Notes: generated by a model not told the origin, from the letters alone. Positions 48,192 to 61,245 are shown, counted from the first letter of the stretch. The stretch is 63,868 nucleotides of DNA from Octopus sinensis (GCF_006345805.1 NW_021832256.1:1-63868); one strand, 5' to 3'. Translations and numbers: made by a program.

Positions 48192-48295
48192 GCCCCTGAC
48201 GAGGGTTACTGGGACTGCAGTGTGTGTACTTACCGAAATTCTCCCGAGGCTTACAAATGTGAAATGTGTGACGTACGTAAAGGTACTTCAACAAG
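48173..48295 (+). CDS. RYBP: RYBP/YAF2 homologue exon encoding the RanBP2-type (NZF) zinc finger
   Basis: CTCAG|[43 protein letters not shown]|GTGAGT; closely matches RYBP/YAF2 [31 protein letters not shown]; 123 nt, phase 2-2. Confidence 0.95.
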
Positions 48296-48910
48296 GTGAG
48301 TAAGGTGCCACCGTTGTGCCACCAGTGGCACACCTTTCATTGTTTTACTGTTTTTTTTTTTCGTTTGTTGGAGTTTCTTTAGATTTTTTTTTTCTTCGTT
48401 GCTTTATATTTTGTCTTTTCTGTGTGTTTGTGTGTGTGTGTGTGTGTTGTTGTATATCTGTGTGTATGCATATTTCTGTGAGGGAGTGTATTGTCAGTGC
48501 GCGTGTGTGTATGTGTGTGCGTGTATCCTTGTATGTGTGTTTGTGTATGCCTCTGTGAGTGCGTATGTATGTGTAGTGTGTGTGTGTGTGTATGTGTGTG
48601 CGCGTATCCTTGTATGTGTGTTTGTGTATGCTTCTATGAGTGCGTATGTATGTGTAGTGTGTGTGTGTGTGTGTATCCTTGTATTTGTGTTTGTGTATGC
48701 CTCTATGAGTGCGTATGTTTGTATGTGTAGTGTGTGTGTGTATGTAACTCTATGTGTGTATGTCTCTGCATGTGTGTCTCTGTGAGTGTATATGTGTATC
48801 CGTGTGGGAGTGTTTGTGGCTGTGTGTTTGCATGCGTGAGTATATCCGTGTATATATATATATACAAAAAAGGTTAACATATATATATATATATATATAT
48901 ACATATGTGC

Positions 48911-48947
<37 letters not shown>

Positions 48948-49079
48948 ATTAATCAGCCGAAATTGCTAAGATGATCTGGTTCTTGACTGATGACTGAGGG
49001 CTTCGAATGTCCCGTCCTGTGGTTCTTGTGTCGTCTCTGTGGTGTTTCATGTTCTTGTCCATGTCTGTAATTATTTTTA

Positions 49080-49690
49080 CTGTTTACCTATATATATATA
49101 TATATATATATACATATGTGCGTGTGTGTATGTATATATGTATATATATGTACATGTGTGTGTATATGTATATACACACTTTTGGTCTCCTGTATGTATG
49201 TATATATATATATATTTGCATACATATATATATATATATATACATTCATACATTCATACATACATAAATATGTATATATATATGTATGTATGTATATATT
49301 TATTTATTTATGTATGTATATATATATATATAATATATATGTATATGTATGTATATATATGTATATGTATGTATATATATGTATATGTATGTATATATAT
49401 GTATATGTATGTATATATATGTATATGTATGTATATGTATGTATATATATGTATATATGTATGTATATATATGTATATATATATGTATGTATATATGTAT
49501 ATATATATGTATGTATATATATGTATATATATATGTATTTATATATATGTATATATATGTATATATATATGTATGTATATATATGTATATATATACATAC
49601 ATACAGGAGACCAAAGTGTATATATATATATATATATGTGTGTGTGTATATATGTGTGTGTGTGTATATATATACCTATATGCTAAATGT
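49080..49690. repeat. (TA)n/(TATG)n low-complexity tract
   Basis: Direct inspection. Confidence 0.9.
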
Positions 49691-49925
49691 ATATACAAAA
49701 AAAAGAAAACAATAAATGGAACAAGAGCGTAACAGGCGACAACAAAACATCCGGACAGTTAGGTGATACATAAAAGGACAGGAAAAAACAAGGATGGGTC
49801 ATTCGGAGCTTTCAATCTTCAGTCGACTACCAAATCGTTTTTGCAGTTTACTCGAGACTGCTATAATCTGGCCAGCCCCAAGAAAATCTAAGCCAAGAGC
49901 ACTACATTGCTATATATATATATAT

Positions 49926-50154
49926 ATTTCTTTACTACCCACAAGGGGCTAAACACAGAGGGGGACAAACAAGGACAGACAAACAGATTAAGTTGATTAC
50001 ATCAACCCCAGTGCGTAACTGGTACTTAATTTATCGACCCCGAAAGGATGAAAGGCAAAGTCGACCTCGGCGGAATTTGAACCCAGAACGTAACGGCAGA
50101 CGAAATATGGCTACGCATTTCGCCCGGCGTGCTAACGTTTCAGCCAGCTCGCCT

Positions 50155-50155
<1 letters not shown>
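49926..50155 (-). mobile_element. SINE family M monomer
   Basis: Single head + body + tail AGCCCCTTGTGGGTAGTAAAGAAATA. Confidence 0.85.
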
Positions 50156-50219
<64 letters not shown>

Positions 50220-50220
<1 letters not shown>

Positions 50221-50570
50221 CATCATCATCATCATTTAACGTCCATTTTCTGTGCTAGCATGGGTTGGACGGTTCGACCGGATCTGGGAAGCCAGGAGGC
50301 TGCACCAGGCTCTAGTCTGATCTGGCAGTGTTTCTACAGCTGGATGCCCTTCCTAATGCCAACCACTCCGTAAGTGTAGTGGGTACTTTTTACGTGCCAC
50401 CGGCACAGGTATCACGGCTACTATTTCCATTGATATTCATTTCGATGTCGATGTACTTGACTCAATAGGTCTCCTCAAGCACAGCAGGTTGTTCTGAAAT
50501 CCAAGGTACTTTGAATGGGCTGGGGCTATGAGGAACTGGCGCAGGAAGCAGCCTGGGTCTTTGCAGTCAC
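50220..50570 (-). mobile_element. Family C variant
   Basis: (CAT)n tail and GGATGCCCTTCCTAA motif. Confidence 0.7.
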
Positions 50571-50571
50571 A

Positions 50572-50613
<42 letters not shown>

Positions 50614-50645
50614 TATATATATATACGCATACATACGTATATGCA

Positions 50646-51020
50646 GGAGTGGCTGTGTGGTAAGTAGCTTGCTAACCAGCCATATGGTTCCGGGTTCAGT
50701 CCCACTGCGTGGCATCTTGGGCAAGTGTCTTCTACTATAGCCTCGGGCCGACCAAAGCCTTGTGAGTGGATTTGGTAGACGGAAACTGAAAGAAGCCTGT
50801 CGTATATATGTATATATATATGTGTGTCTGTGTTTGTCCCCCCTACATTGCTTGACAACCGATGCTGGTGTGTTTACGTCCCCGTCACTTAGTGGTTCGG
50901 CAAAAGAGACCGATAGAATAAGTACTGGGCTTACAAAGAATAAGTCCCAGGGTCGATTTGCTTGACTAAAGGCGGTGCTCCAGCATGGCCGCAGTCAAAT
51001 GACTGAAACAAGTAAAAGAG
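50646..51020 (+). mobile_element. SINE family A
   Basis: Complete head, internal microsatellite and tail. Confidence 0.8.
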
Positions 51021-51057
51021 AGAGAGTAAAAGAGAAAGAGAGAGTATACATACATGC

Positions 51058-51115
<58 letters not shown>

Positions 51116-51235
51116 ACACACGTGTGTTAATATATATACTCATGTGCATTTTCGTCTGTCTGTAACTGTCTACTTACGTATCTCTGTGCATCTGTATGTA
51201 TGTTTGTGCGCCTGTCCTTGCATAAGTATGTATGC

Positions 51236-51454
51236 CAGTGGTTTTCAACCAGGGTTCCACGGAAACTTAGGGTTCCGCCAGTACAGTCCAGGGGTTCCGC
51301 AAGAAGTTACAAAACTGCAAAAATCGGCAGTAATTTTTAATTCTCCTATGCAGATATGTGTGCATAAGACTATTAAATTATTGCACAGGGGTTCCTCGAG
51401 CCAGTGGAATGTTTCCTTGGGGTTCCACTCCAGCAAAAAGTTTGAAAAGCACTG
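51236..51454. mobile_element. hAT-type MITE, copy 1
   Basis: TIRs CAGTGGTTTTCAA / TTGAAAAGCACTG; 8-bp flanks ATGTATGC (left) and CTCTATAT (right). Confidence 0.8.
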
Positions 51455-51643
51455 CTCTATATATATATATATTTAAGTCATCGTTATCCAGCATGCCTTT
51501 CCTTTTTTAAGACAGCAGGGTGTTATACGAGGGTGATCTGGCTGCAATTTCTAGCAGTTTGAATGACCATGTAGTTGATTCATGTTGCTGTAGTTCTTGT
51601 TGTTGCTTAGCCAATTCAGCTGAACTATGGTCAAACTCTATAT

Positions 51644-51862
51644 CAGTGGTTTTCAACCAGGGTTCCGCAGAACGTTAGGGTTCCGTCAGTACAGTCCAGG
51701 GGTTCCGCAAGAAGTTACAAAACTGCAAAAATCGGCAGTAATTTTTAATTCTCCTGTGCAGATATGTGTGCATAAGACTATTAAATTATTGCACAGGGGT
51801 TCCTCGAGCCAGTGGAATGTTTCCTTGGGGTTCCGCTCCAGCAAAAAGTTTGAAAAGCACTG
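51644..51862. mobile_element. hAT-type MITE, copy 2 (same orientation)
   Basis: Same TIRs; flanks CTCTATAT (left) and ATGTATGC (right). Confidence 0.8.
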
Positions 51863-52200
51863 ATGTATGCAGTACCACCTTAAGATATGGGGTACAGCAA
51901 GTTGCTTCTCAAGGGCCCCACACACAAAGGGCCTCACATCTGATGTGTGCCTGCTGTGCTTGCTGTCAATAAATAAATAAATAAATAAATAAATACTGTA
52001 GGGCCTAGTGTATTGATTTGCCTGGGGGCCTCAAGCGCTACTAAAACCAGCCCCATATGTGTCTAACTTTGTGTGTCTGTAAATGTTTGTATATTTGCAT
52101 TTCTCTCTCTCTCTTTCCCTCTTTTATCTTTCTTTCTCATTTTCTTGTCATTTACTTTGGGTCTATACCTGTGGTGGTGGTGGTGATAGTTATAGCATCC

Positions 52201-52618
52201 AAGGCAGCGAGCTGGCAGAAACATTAGCACGCCAGGCGAAATGCTTGGCGGTATTTCGTCTGCCGCTACGTTCTGAGCTCAAATTCCGCCAAGGTCGACT
52301 TTGCCTTTCATCCTTTCAGGGCCGATAAATTAAGTACCAGTTATGCACTGGGGTCGATGTAATCGACTTAATCCATTTGTCTGTCCTTGTTTGTCCTCTC
52401 TGTGTTTAGCCCCTTGTGGGTAATAAAGAAATTGGTATTTCGTCTGCCGCTACGCTCTGAGTTCAAATTCCGCCGAGGTCGACTTTGCCTTTCATCCTTT
52501 CAGGGTCGATAAATTAAGTACCAGTTACGCACTGGGGTTGATGTAATCAACTTAATCCATGTGTCTGTCCGTGTTTGTCCCCTCTATGTTTAGCCCCCTG
52601 TGGGCAATAAAGAAATAA
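52201..52618 (+). mobile_element. SINE family M dimer (head + two bodies)
   Basis: GTATTTCGTC at 52251 and again at 52435. Confidence 0.85.
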
Positions 52619-52619
52619 G

Positions 52620-53070
52620 AATAAGATGGGAGGTGCTTAAGGTGGTAGGGTGAGGAACAGCTCCACATAAGATAGGGGGAGGTTAAGGGAAGGGACTTAC
52701 TTAACATCAGAGGGGTGGAGCTTAAGGCAGTGGGGTGGGGAACAACTTCACATAGTAAGATAGGAGAATGTTAACAGAGGGGCTTACTTGACATCAGGTG
52801 GGAGGAGCTTAAGGCAGTAGGGTGGGGAACAACTTTATATAATGAGATAGGTGGATGTTAAGGGAGGAATTACTTGACCTAAGATGAAAGGAGCATGTGG
52901 TGGAGGGGAGCTACTTTATATAAGATGGGAGGAGCTTAAAGCAGTGAGGTGAGAAACTATGTAATAAGATGATGGAGTTTAAGGGAGGGGCACTGGCTTA
53001 AGAAGGCGGGAGGAACTTAAGGTGATGGTGAGGAATTACTTTGGATAATAAGATAGGAGGGGTGGGAGGA
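52620..53070. repeat. Degenerate G-rich tandem repeat, roughly 85-90 bp period
   Basis: GGAGCTTAAGGCAGT-GGGTGGGGAACAACTT recurs. Confidence 0.6.
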
Positions 53071-53108
53071 ACGTTTGTGTTTAGGTTGTTGTTGTTGTTT
53101 TAGGCGCA

Positions 53109-53600
<492 letters not shown>

Positions 53601-54569
53601 AAAAGAGAATATAGTCTCTGTTCCTTCAGATGCCTATGATCAGTGGTGTTAGAGTTCTGACAATCCTGTGTCATAGTGTATCTGAGACTACACTACTTGG
53701 TGTACCCTTCTCATACTGACTCACATAAACTAACTCTGGTCCCTGGACCAAGTGTTTTCTCCAGGGATACAGGCATCCAGCAACAGGACCTCTGTAATGC
53801 TATGATGGACTGTGAAGTCTGGCGTAGCATGGTAAATTCCATTGTCTCGACCAAGGTCGAACAACGATGATGATGAACTCTGGTCCCCACGGTGTAGGAC
53901 TTTAATTTTAAAGTTTCTCTATTTAAACTAGAATCTTCTCTCCTGATTTTATCCTTTGCGTTGTACTTGATTCAGTTTTTTGGCCTGTGGCCATGCTTGG
54001 AAGGGTTTAAGGGAACAACTAACCCCCCCCTCCATACTTTATTGCAAACTTTTGTGCCTATTGTATCTGCCTGTTTTGCCAAACTGCTTAGTTACAGGGA
54101 TGTAAATAAACCATCATTGGTTGGTGTGTGGGGAGACAAATACAAATGCACACACACACACACACACATTCAATGGGGACCTTATCGCCATTATCCGCCT
54201 CTTGGTCTCTTGCAGCTTCTACTGGTTATCTGTTCCTCCCCCCCCCACTTCCCCTGCTACGTGTGAGTAACCATGTGCAAATTCCTCTACAGGAACCTTC
54301 TGACCCCACCCCACTTCCCAATAATCCTTTTGTCCCCTAGCATGAAGCTGATCCCCTACCTTCCCCAAGGCTTGTAGTCCTATGAACTGCACAGTGCCCT
54401 CAATAGGGTGGTTACCACAGAAATAAGCACTCAGTGCCCACTGTAAAGTGGTTGCTATTAAGAAGGGTTTCTGGTTGTAAAGGTCCTGCTAAATCAAACC
54501 ATGGAGCTTGATGCCCTCCTTGGACACGTCGGATCCTGTCAAGGTTAGTTAGTTAATTTTTTGGTTCAA

Positions 54570-54810
54570 AAAGCAAAAAGCAAGGTCATGTATGGGGAAC
54601 ATGGAGTTATGTACAGGGTGGTGTTCATGCAAAGAGTTCAGGCCATTTCTGGTCAAGAGAGACTTTGAACCGAGCGGTCGTCGGCATCTTCACTATCTTG
54701 TCTGGCAGCTTATTCCACGGATCCGCAACCCAGACGGAGAAAGCCCCTCTCCTTCGATTGAGATTAAATCGTTGCAGATAGAGCTTTTCGGAGTGACCCT
54801 GCAGCCGACG
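54570..54810 (-). mobile_element. CR1-like LINE 3' fragment
   Basis: RGH-EKLYLQRFNLNRRRGAFSVWVADPWNKLP..IV....FKVSLD. Confidence 0.7.
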
Positions 54811-54899
54811 CTCTGGAGCAGGAGTGAAGAACAGCTCTTTCGAGAGGTTACACTTTCCAAGTCCTTGCCAGTATGGAATATGGATGTTCAGTAATAGTT

Positions 54900-55098
54900 T
54901 CAACTTTTTGCACAAGGCCAATAATTTTGGAGGAGGGGGATGAGTCAAATACAGTGCTCAACTGGTACTTATTTTATTGACCCCGAAAGGATGAAAGGCA
55001 AAGTTGACCTTGGTGGAATTTGAACTTGGAATGTAAAGACAAAATGCCGCTAAGCATTTTGCCTGGGGTGCTAACAATTCTGCCAGCTTGCTGCCTTA
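54900..55098 (-). mobile_element. Family M head and core with an alternative (non-Tx1) tail
   Basis: Same head and core, but tail CCCCTCCTCCAAAATTATTGGCCTTGTGC; related tails near 469-550 and 39495-39550. Confidence 0.6.
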
Positions 55099-55569
55099 TG
55101 GATATTACATAACAATGATGATATCTTCAGTGAGCTTCCTGACAGTTTCTGCCTTCCAGATTCACTCACAATGCATTGGTCAACCCAGGGGCTATGGTAG
55201 GGAACACGTACCCAAGGTGCCACATACTGGGATTGAACTGAAAACGGTTGTTCATGTTTGAGAGGTCATCCAGAAAGTCTAATGACAGTTGCTTCTGGTA
55301 GGACCTGATGGTGGAGGTGCTTGAGGACTCTACCCCCGTAACAGGCAGGAGACCTTGGGACAGACCAAGAACGAGATAGTTGGATAGTGTCCAAAGTCTT
55401 AGTTCTTCATGCATGGAAATCCAGCTGGAAACTTTAATAACGGTTACTTCTGAGAAGACCCTACAAGGGAGGTTGCCTGCAGTTTCACCCCTATGACCTT
55501 TTCCAAAATAATGGTCAGATAAGACAACTGTTTTGCTAAATTCCCCCAATTGTTTGTTCCTTCTCGAGC

Positions 55570-56443
55570 CATGCCTGACTCATTAGGGCTGGTTTCTTGG
55601 CGTATAGGTTCCCCACCTGGACGGGACGCCGGTCCGTCGCAGGTGAGCTGCAAGATGCAGGAGGAAAGAGTGAGAGAAAGTTGTGGCAAAAGAGTCAGCA
55701 GAAATTTCGCCATTACCTTCTGCTGGAGTCGCGTGGAGCTTAGGTGTTTCGCTCATAAGCACACACATCGTCCGGTCTGAGATTCAAACCGGCGATCCCT
55801 CAACCGCATGTCCACTGTTGTTTCTTTGTTCTTTCTCAAGCCATGCCTGACTCATAAGGACTGGTTTCCCGGTTTCTTGGTGTATAGGTTCCCCACCTGG
55901 ATGGGACACCGGTCCGTTGCAGGTGAGCTACAAGATGCAGGAGGAAAGAGTGAGAGAAAGTTGTGGCAAAAGAGTCAGCAGAATTTTTGCCATTACCTTC
56001 TGCCGGAGCCGCGTGGAGCTTAGGTGTTTCGCTCATAAGCACACACATCGCCCGGTCTGAGATTTGAACCCGCGATCCCTCGACTGCTGCTCTAACCACT
56101 AGGCCATGTGCCTCCACTATGTGTATGTGTGTATGTTTCTTGTTTGTTCCTTCTTGAGCTATGCCTGGCTCATAAGGGCCGGTTTCCCGGTTTCTTGGCG
56201 TATAGGTTCCCCACCTGGACGGGACGCCAGTTCATCGCAGGTGAGCTGCAAGATGCAGGAGGAAAGAGTGAGAGAAAGTTGTGGCAAAAGAGTCAGCAGA
56301 AATTTCGCCATTACCTTCTGCTGGAGTCGCGTGGAGCTTAGGTGTTTCGCTCATAAGCACACACATCGTCCGGTCTGAGATTCGAACCCGCGATCCCTCG
56401 ACCGCGAGTCCGCTGCTCTAACCACTAGGCCATGTGCCTCCAC
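55570..56443 (-). mobile_element. Three tandem copies of tRNA-headed SINE family D
   Basis: Head GTGGAGGCACATGGCCTAGTGGTTAGAGCAGCGGACTCGCGGTCGAGGGATCGCGGGTTCGAATC; ~290-bp period. Confidence 0.8.
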
Positions 56444-56898
56444 AAATTCCCCCAATTCCTTAATTACTTTCAAAACAGTGCCTTTTTATTGGGAATAGGG
56501 TAACAAAAGAGTGAAGATGATGGAACCATAGTTATAAGAAAAGGAAGAATTAGTTGCTATTTCTGTCAGATTATACAACCACATAGAGGCTGTCTTGCTG
56601 GGCCATTGTTGTCAGTGGTGGTCAGTAGTTGTTGTCTGTGATAGAGTTCATTGTAGTTGTGGTTATTGTTGTTGGTATTGCTGTTGTTTTTGTCAGTGTG
56701 TGGGGTGTATAATTTGATATACACATAACTAGTTTAATGTAAACTTAACATACATATATATATATATATATAATTTACAAGATAAGGGCAAAAGAAAAAT
56801 TCTAATGCCAAATATGCCGAAACAAAAAATTGTCGATAACCATTATAATTTATGCGTCTCGAAACAAACCGATAGAAATCTCTAAAAAATTTGTTATT

Positions 56899-56954
56899 AC
56901 CGTATTGGCCCAATTTCGGGGTTAATTCATAAGAATTTTCCCCTCTTCAGCGGC
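56899..56954 (-). ncRNA. Minimal hammerhead ribozyme candidate
   Basis: GCCG-CTGAAGA-GGGG..CCCC-GAAA-TTGG(G)CCAA-TA-CGGT. Confidence 0.6.
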
Positions 56955-57514
56955 AAATACGTGAGATATAAGTGAAGTACTTACTCATACCCACGGAAAA
57001 AGCAAGCACCAAGTCCTGAGCAGACCTAAGTACCCCAAATATATCCAAAATAGAAAAATCTTCGGCACATCTCGAGACACGTGTGATTCGAACTAGAAAC
57101 TTTCACAGAATGAAAGAATCTGGAAATGAACACTATTCAATTTATAACTAATGTAGGATAAAAATTTTTTCGGGAAAAATATATATCATCCAGTGTTTGA
57201 AATCTGGGTTTTGTCCCCATCAATGGGGCTGGTCGGATTTAACGCAATGCCATAGCAACTGAGGCAGGCAGGTGCAGCCCACCCCAACATTTGGGCTGGT
57301 TGGTTGCTGCCCATTCTCCTTTGCTATCATGAGGCTTTTTTGGAGCTGGATTTTCTATGGGGGTGCATGCCCTTGCTTACCCTCAACCTCAGTTTCTAGA
57401 CATGAGTGGTCCCGAGACCAAGGCTTCTACCATGATTTTTAAGAAATGTGGTGAAAAACTAGTTCAGGAAGATAGGGACACTACTCCCAGAGACCCCTTT
57501 TGGGGTCTCATATA

Positions 57515-57907
57515 GGAGTGGCTGTTTGGTAAGTAGCTTGCTAACCAACCACATGGTTCCGGGTTCAGTCCCACTGCGTGGCATCTTGGGCAAGTGTCTT
57601 CTGCTATAGCCCCGGGCCGACCAATGCCTTGTGAGTGGATTTGGTAGATGGAAACTGAAAGAAGCCTGTCGTATATATTTATATATATATAAGTGTGTGA
57701 ATATGTTTGTGTGTCTGTGTTTGTTCCCCTAGCATTGCTTGACAACCGATGCTGGTGTGTTTAAGTCCTCGTCACTTAGCGGTTCGGCAATAGAGACCGA
57801 TAGAATAAGTACTGGGCTTACAAAGAATAAGTCCCGGGGTCGATTTGCTCGACTAAAGGCGGTGCTCCAGCATGGCCGCAGTCAAATGACTGAAACAAGT
57901 AAAAGAG
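57515..57907 (+). mobile_element. SINE family A
   Basis: Complete copy. Confidence 0.8.
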
Positions 57908-58054
57908 TAAAGAGAATATATATATACATATATATAGATTCAGATGAATATGGTACCTAAGTCGAGGAATCAGAATTTAGCACTGTATTATCCATACAAT
58001 TTCAAAGTAAGGTGATTAAAATCAAAATAAGCAACAAGGATATCCAGAGGTAGT

Positions 58055-58139
58055 GCAGTACCCTCGTTTCATGCAACTCCATTTAATTGAACAATGCAAT
58101 CATTACATCAATTTAAAATGCAGAGCAATCTTCAGCTGC
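58055..58139 (-). ncRNA. Hammerhead ribozyme related to that at 37215
   Basis: GCAG-CTGAAGA-TTGC..GCAT-GAAAC(GAGG)GTA-CTGC. Confidence 0.65.
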
Positions 58140-58853
58140 ACAAAGACATAGAAATTAATTAAATTTGAACAGATGGACTCATTAGTATAATTATACCTAA
58201 AATCTCCAATATTAGGAGATAGACAGTAGGCTTATTTGAGTTTCTGTCAAGCAAATCCACTCACAAGGTTTTGGTCAGCTCAGGGCTCTAGTAGATGACA
58301 CTTGTCCAAGATGCCATGTTGTGGAACTGAACTCAGAACCATGTGGCCGGGAAGCAAACTTCTTACCACACAGCCACGCCTGCACTTAATAAAGACGAAG
58401 TAAATTCTAAATCTTTATAATACTAACGGAAATGCTGGAAATAATCATAGTTTGTCTGTGCGTATGTGTCTTTACTGTGACCGTGTGTATCGACCTGGTT
58501 TTGTTTTTAGTGTTTTACCTGTGTGTGTCTGTGTGTGTGTGCTTTTGCATCTGAGGATAAGTCAAGTGGTGAGAAAGTGTCTGTTTGTGGGTGTCTTTAT
58601 ATCTGCATCTGAGACTGGTGCTGCTTGTGAGTGTTGTGTGTCGGTCTGTCATGTGACTGTCATATCTGCTTACATGTGACTCCATAGGTCTGCTTTCCAT
58701 GTGTCCATCAAGGACTCCCTCTATGCGACAGTCTCTGCCATTGAGTCAAATACAATCGCATGTAAGAGTTCCATTTCTCTACTCTGGGTGCAGCATAAAT
58801 ATTTACCCATTCATTTTATCATACAATCAAAAAAAATTTTTGGCTTCGTTTAA

Positions 58854-59526
58854 CCCTTTAGCGTTCAGATTATTCAATCAAACATAATGCTTATTGATTC
58901 CCATTGATTTGAATTAATCGTGCATTATCTCATATCTTCAAGATCTTGATGGTGTAATTACTTAATGTAGAATAACATTGTAGGGTAGGTGTGAGAGCCT
59001 GGATCTGGTCAGTTTGAACATAAAACAGATTAACTATTTTGGCTGGATATGGCCCGTTTAATCCTTTTGTTATCATATTCCTTCTGAGATGTTCTGTGTT
59101 TCTTTCAATTACTTTAGATATAACAAAGAATTTAGTAAAATAACTTAGTTATCATTAAGCTAGTGTTAGGAACATAAATTGTGACTAAGGTTTGGTGGAA
59201 GATTTTAATTCAAAACTTAGGAAAACGAGACATTTGTACTCAGAGCCAGAGCTGGTTTCAGCTGGGTTGGTATCGAAAGGGTTAAAAATATCATGGTGAC
59301 TTTAACCCTTTTGTTACCATATTTCTGTGAGATGCTCTGTGTTTCGTTCAACTAATTTTAAATATAACAAAGAATTTAGTAAAATAACTTAGTTATCATT
59401 AAGCTAGTGTTAGGAAAATAAATTGTGACTAAGGCTTGGTGGAAGATTTTAATTCAAAACTTATGGAAACAAGACATTTGTACTACAGAGCCAGAGGCGG
59501 TTTCTGCCGGGTTGGTGACGAAAGGG
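58854..59526. mobile_element. Cluster of TTAA-flanked piggyBac-type MITEs (58854-59061, 59062-59281, 59306-59526)
   Basis: TTAA|CCCTTT...AAAGGG|TTAA termini; further fragments at 59710-60010. Confidence 0.75.
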
Positions 59527-60460
59527 TTAAATACTAAAGGGTTATTGAAAGTTTACAGGTTTTTGTTATATTTATTAACAATATTTTACATATATTTACA
59601 ATTCAGTATGGCCACCCTTTGCTTCCACCATTGCCCTTAACCTTTTCTGAAGTGTTTCATCCCCTCACAATTCTTTAGCCCAGCCATTTTCAATGCTACA
59701 GTTTGTTCCTGATGACATTGTAGGGTAGGTGTGAGAGGCAGGATCTGGCCTTGTTTTGAATTAAACCTGCATTTGAGATTTTCAATGATATGATTGTTTA
59801 TTTTTAGAATGACATTGTAGGGTAGGTGTGAGAGGCAGGATCTGGCCTTGTTTTGAATTAATCATGCATTATCTCATAGCCTTGAGACTTCAGCGATATG
59901 ATTGTTTATTTTTAGAATGATATAGGGAAGGTGGGCGAGACTGGATCTGGACAGTTTGACCGTAAAACAAGCAGAATATATGAGCTGAATATCACTTGTT
60001 TATATGCCAAAGATTAAGTTAAACAGTAAACAATAACACAAAAGAATCTTAGTGAGTATTATACAACACTTTGCTAGTATTTTTGCAAATAACAATGTTT
60101 CGGTTTACATCCGAAAACCGGGCAAAGTATTAAATTCAAATAACGGGTAAATATATATGTTGCTCCTAGCTTATCTAGCTCTTTTATCATCTCTTCTGCC
60201 TGACAATTCAACAATGTGTGTATCTGCTAATGATGTCTATATCTGCTTCTCTGTATATCTCCGTCTGTACCAGCTTACGTATCTATTATCTTCCTCTGTT
60301 ACATCGATATAATTATGCTTATTACTGAGTCAACATCCTCGTTAGTGTTGTCAATAAGACAACAATACTGGGCTTCATTAATCTTGTATCAAATAATAAA
60401 ATTGTAATTTTCCAGGCTATTAACCTCGTCTTCAGGGTATATATTTACAACATAATGCAG

Positions 60461-60491
<31 letters not shown>

Positions 60492-60499
60492 GTATATGT

Positions 60500-60745
60500 A
60501 TCATCATCATCATCATCATCATTTAACGTCCGTTTTCCGCGCTAGCACGGGTTGGACGGTTTCGACCGGGGTCTGGGGAGCTCGGGACTGCCCCAGGCTC
60601 CAGTCTAGTCTGGCAGTGTTTCTACAGCTGGATGCCCTTCCTAACGCCAACACTCCGCGAGTGTAGTGGGTGTTTTTTACGTGCCACCTGCACAGGTGCC
60701 AGAGGGGTCTGGCATCGGCCACGTTCGGATGGTGCTTTTTATGTG
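60500..60745 (-). mobile_element. Family C copy
   Basis: (CAT)n tail and conserved motif. Confidence 0.7.
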
Positions 60746-60989
60746 GGGGGGGGGAGAAATATAGGGGAGCACCAGTGGGGAGGGGGTTCAGAGAAATGAT
60801 GACAGGTTCTAGGCAAGTAGAACGTAGGATATCAAGAGAGGGGTAATGCATGGTCAAATAGCGTATTGAAGAGGGGTTCGAAGAGTAGACACCTATAATG
60901 GTGGTGGGAGAAGCGACATCCGGTATAGATGGAGCAAAAATATAGAGATATCCGGTATTGGTGGTGGGGGTGGGCAAGGGCGGGTGCAC

Positions 60990-61245
60990 CGGGAATATGA
61001 CGGGCTGGCTTAAAATGCTCTTAGCAAGGAACTCCCTCTTTTACGTTGTCTGCCATCCCCCCTCTTCCTTTGCTAAGAGCATTTAAGCCAGCCCGTCATA
61101 TTCCCGTGTCAGGCCGAAGAACGAAATGTTCCAAGATAAGAGAGTCTTTCTAATCTAATGTTGTGGTTGAGCTGTTTATATTTATTATTATTACTATTAT
61201 TAGTAGTATTAGTATTGTCCCTTTGATCCTCGGTCGAAAATTTGC

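Noticed and set aside
48950-49020. Hammerhead candidates here and at about 25770 and 49810
   Set aside because: CTGA(T/A)GA is present but followed by CGAATG rather than GAAAC; probably Penelope-related fragments, but the fold is unsupported.
56370-56443. Functional tRNA gene
   Set aside because: It is a SINE head: the acceptor stem is incomplete and it runs into a repeated body.
60395-60440. Hammerhead candidate (CTGAAGA..GAAA, minus strand)
   Set aside because: Stem I does not pair and the cleavage triplet is poor.
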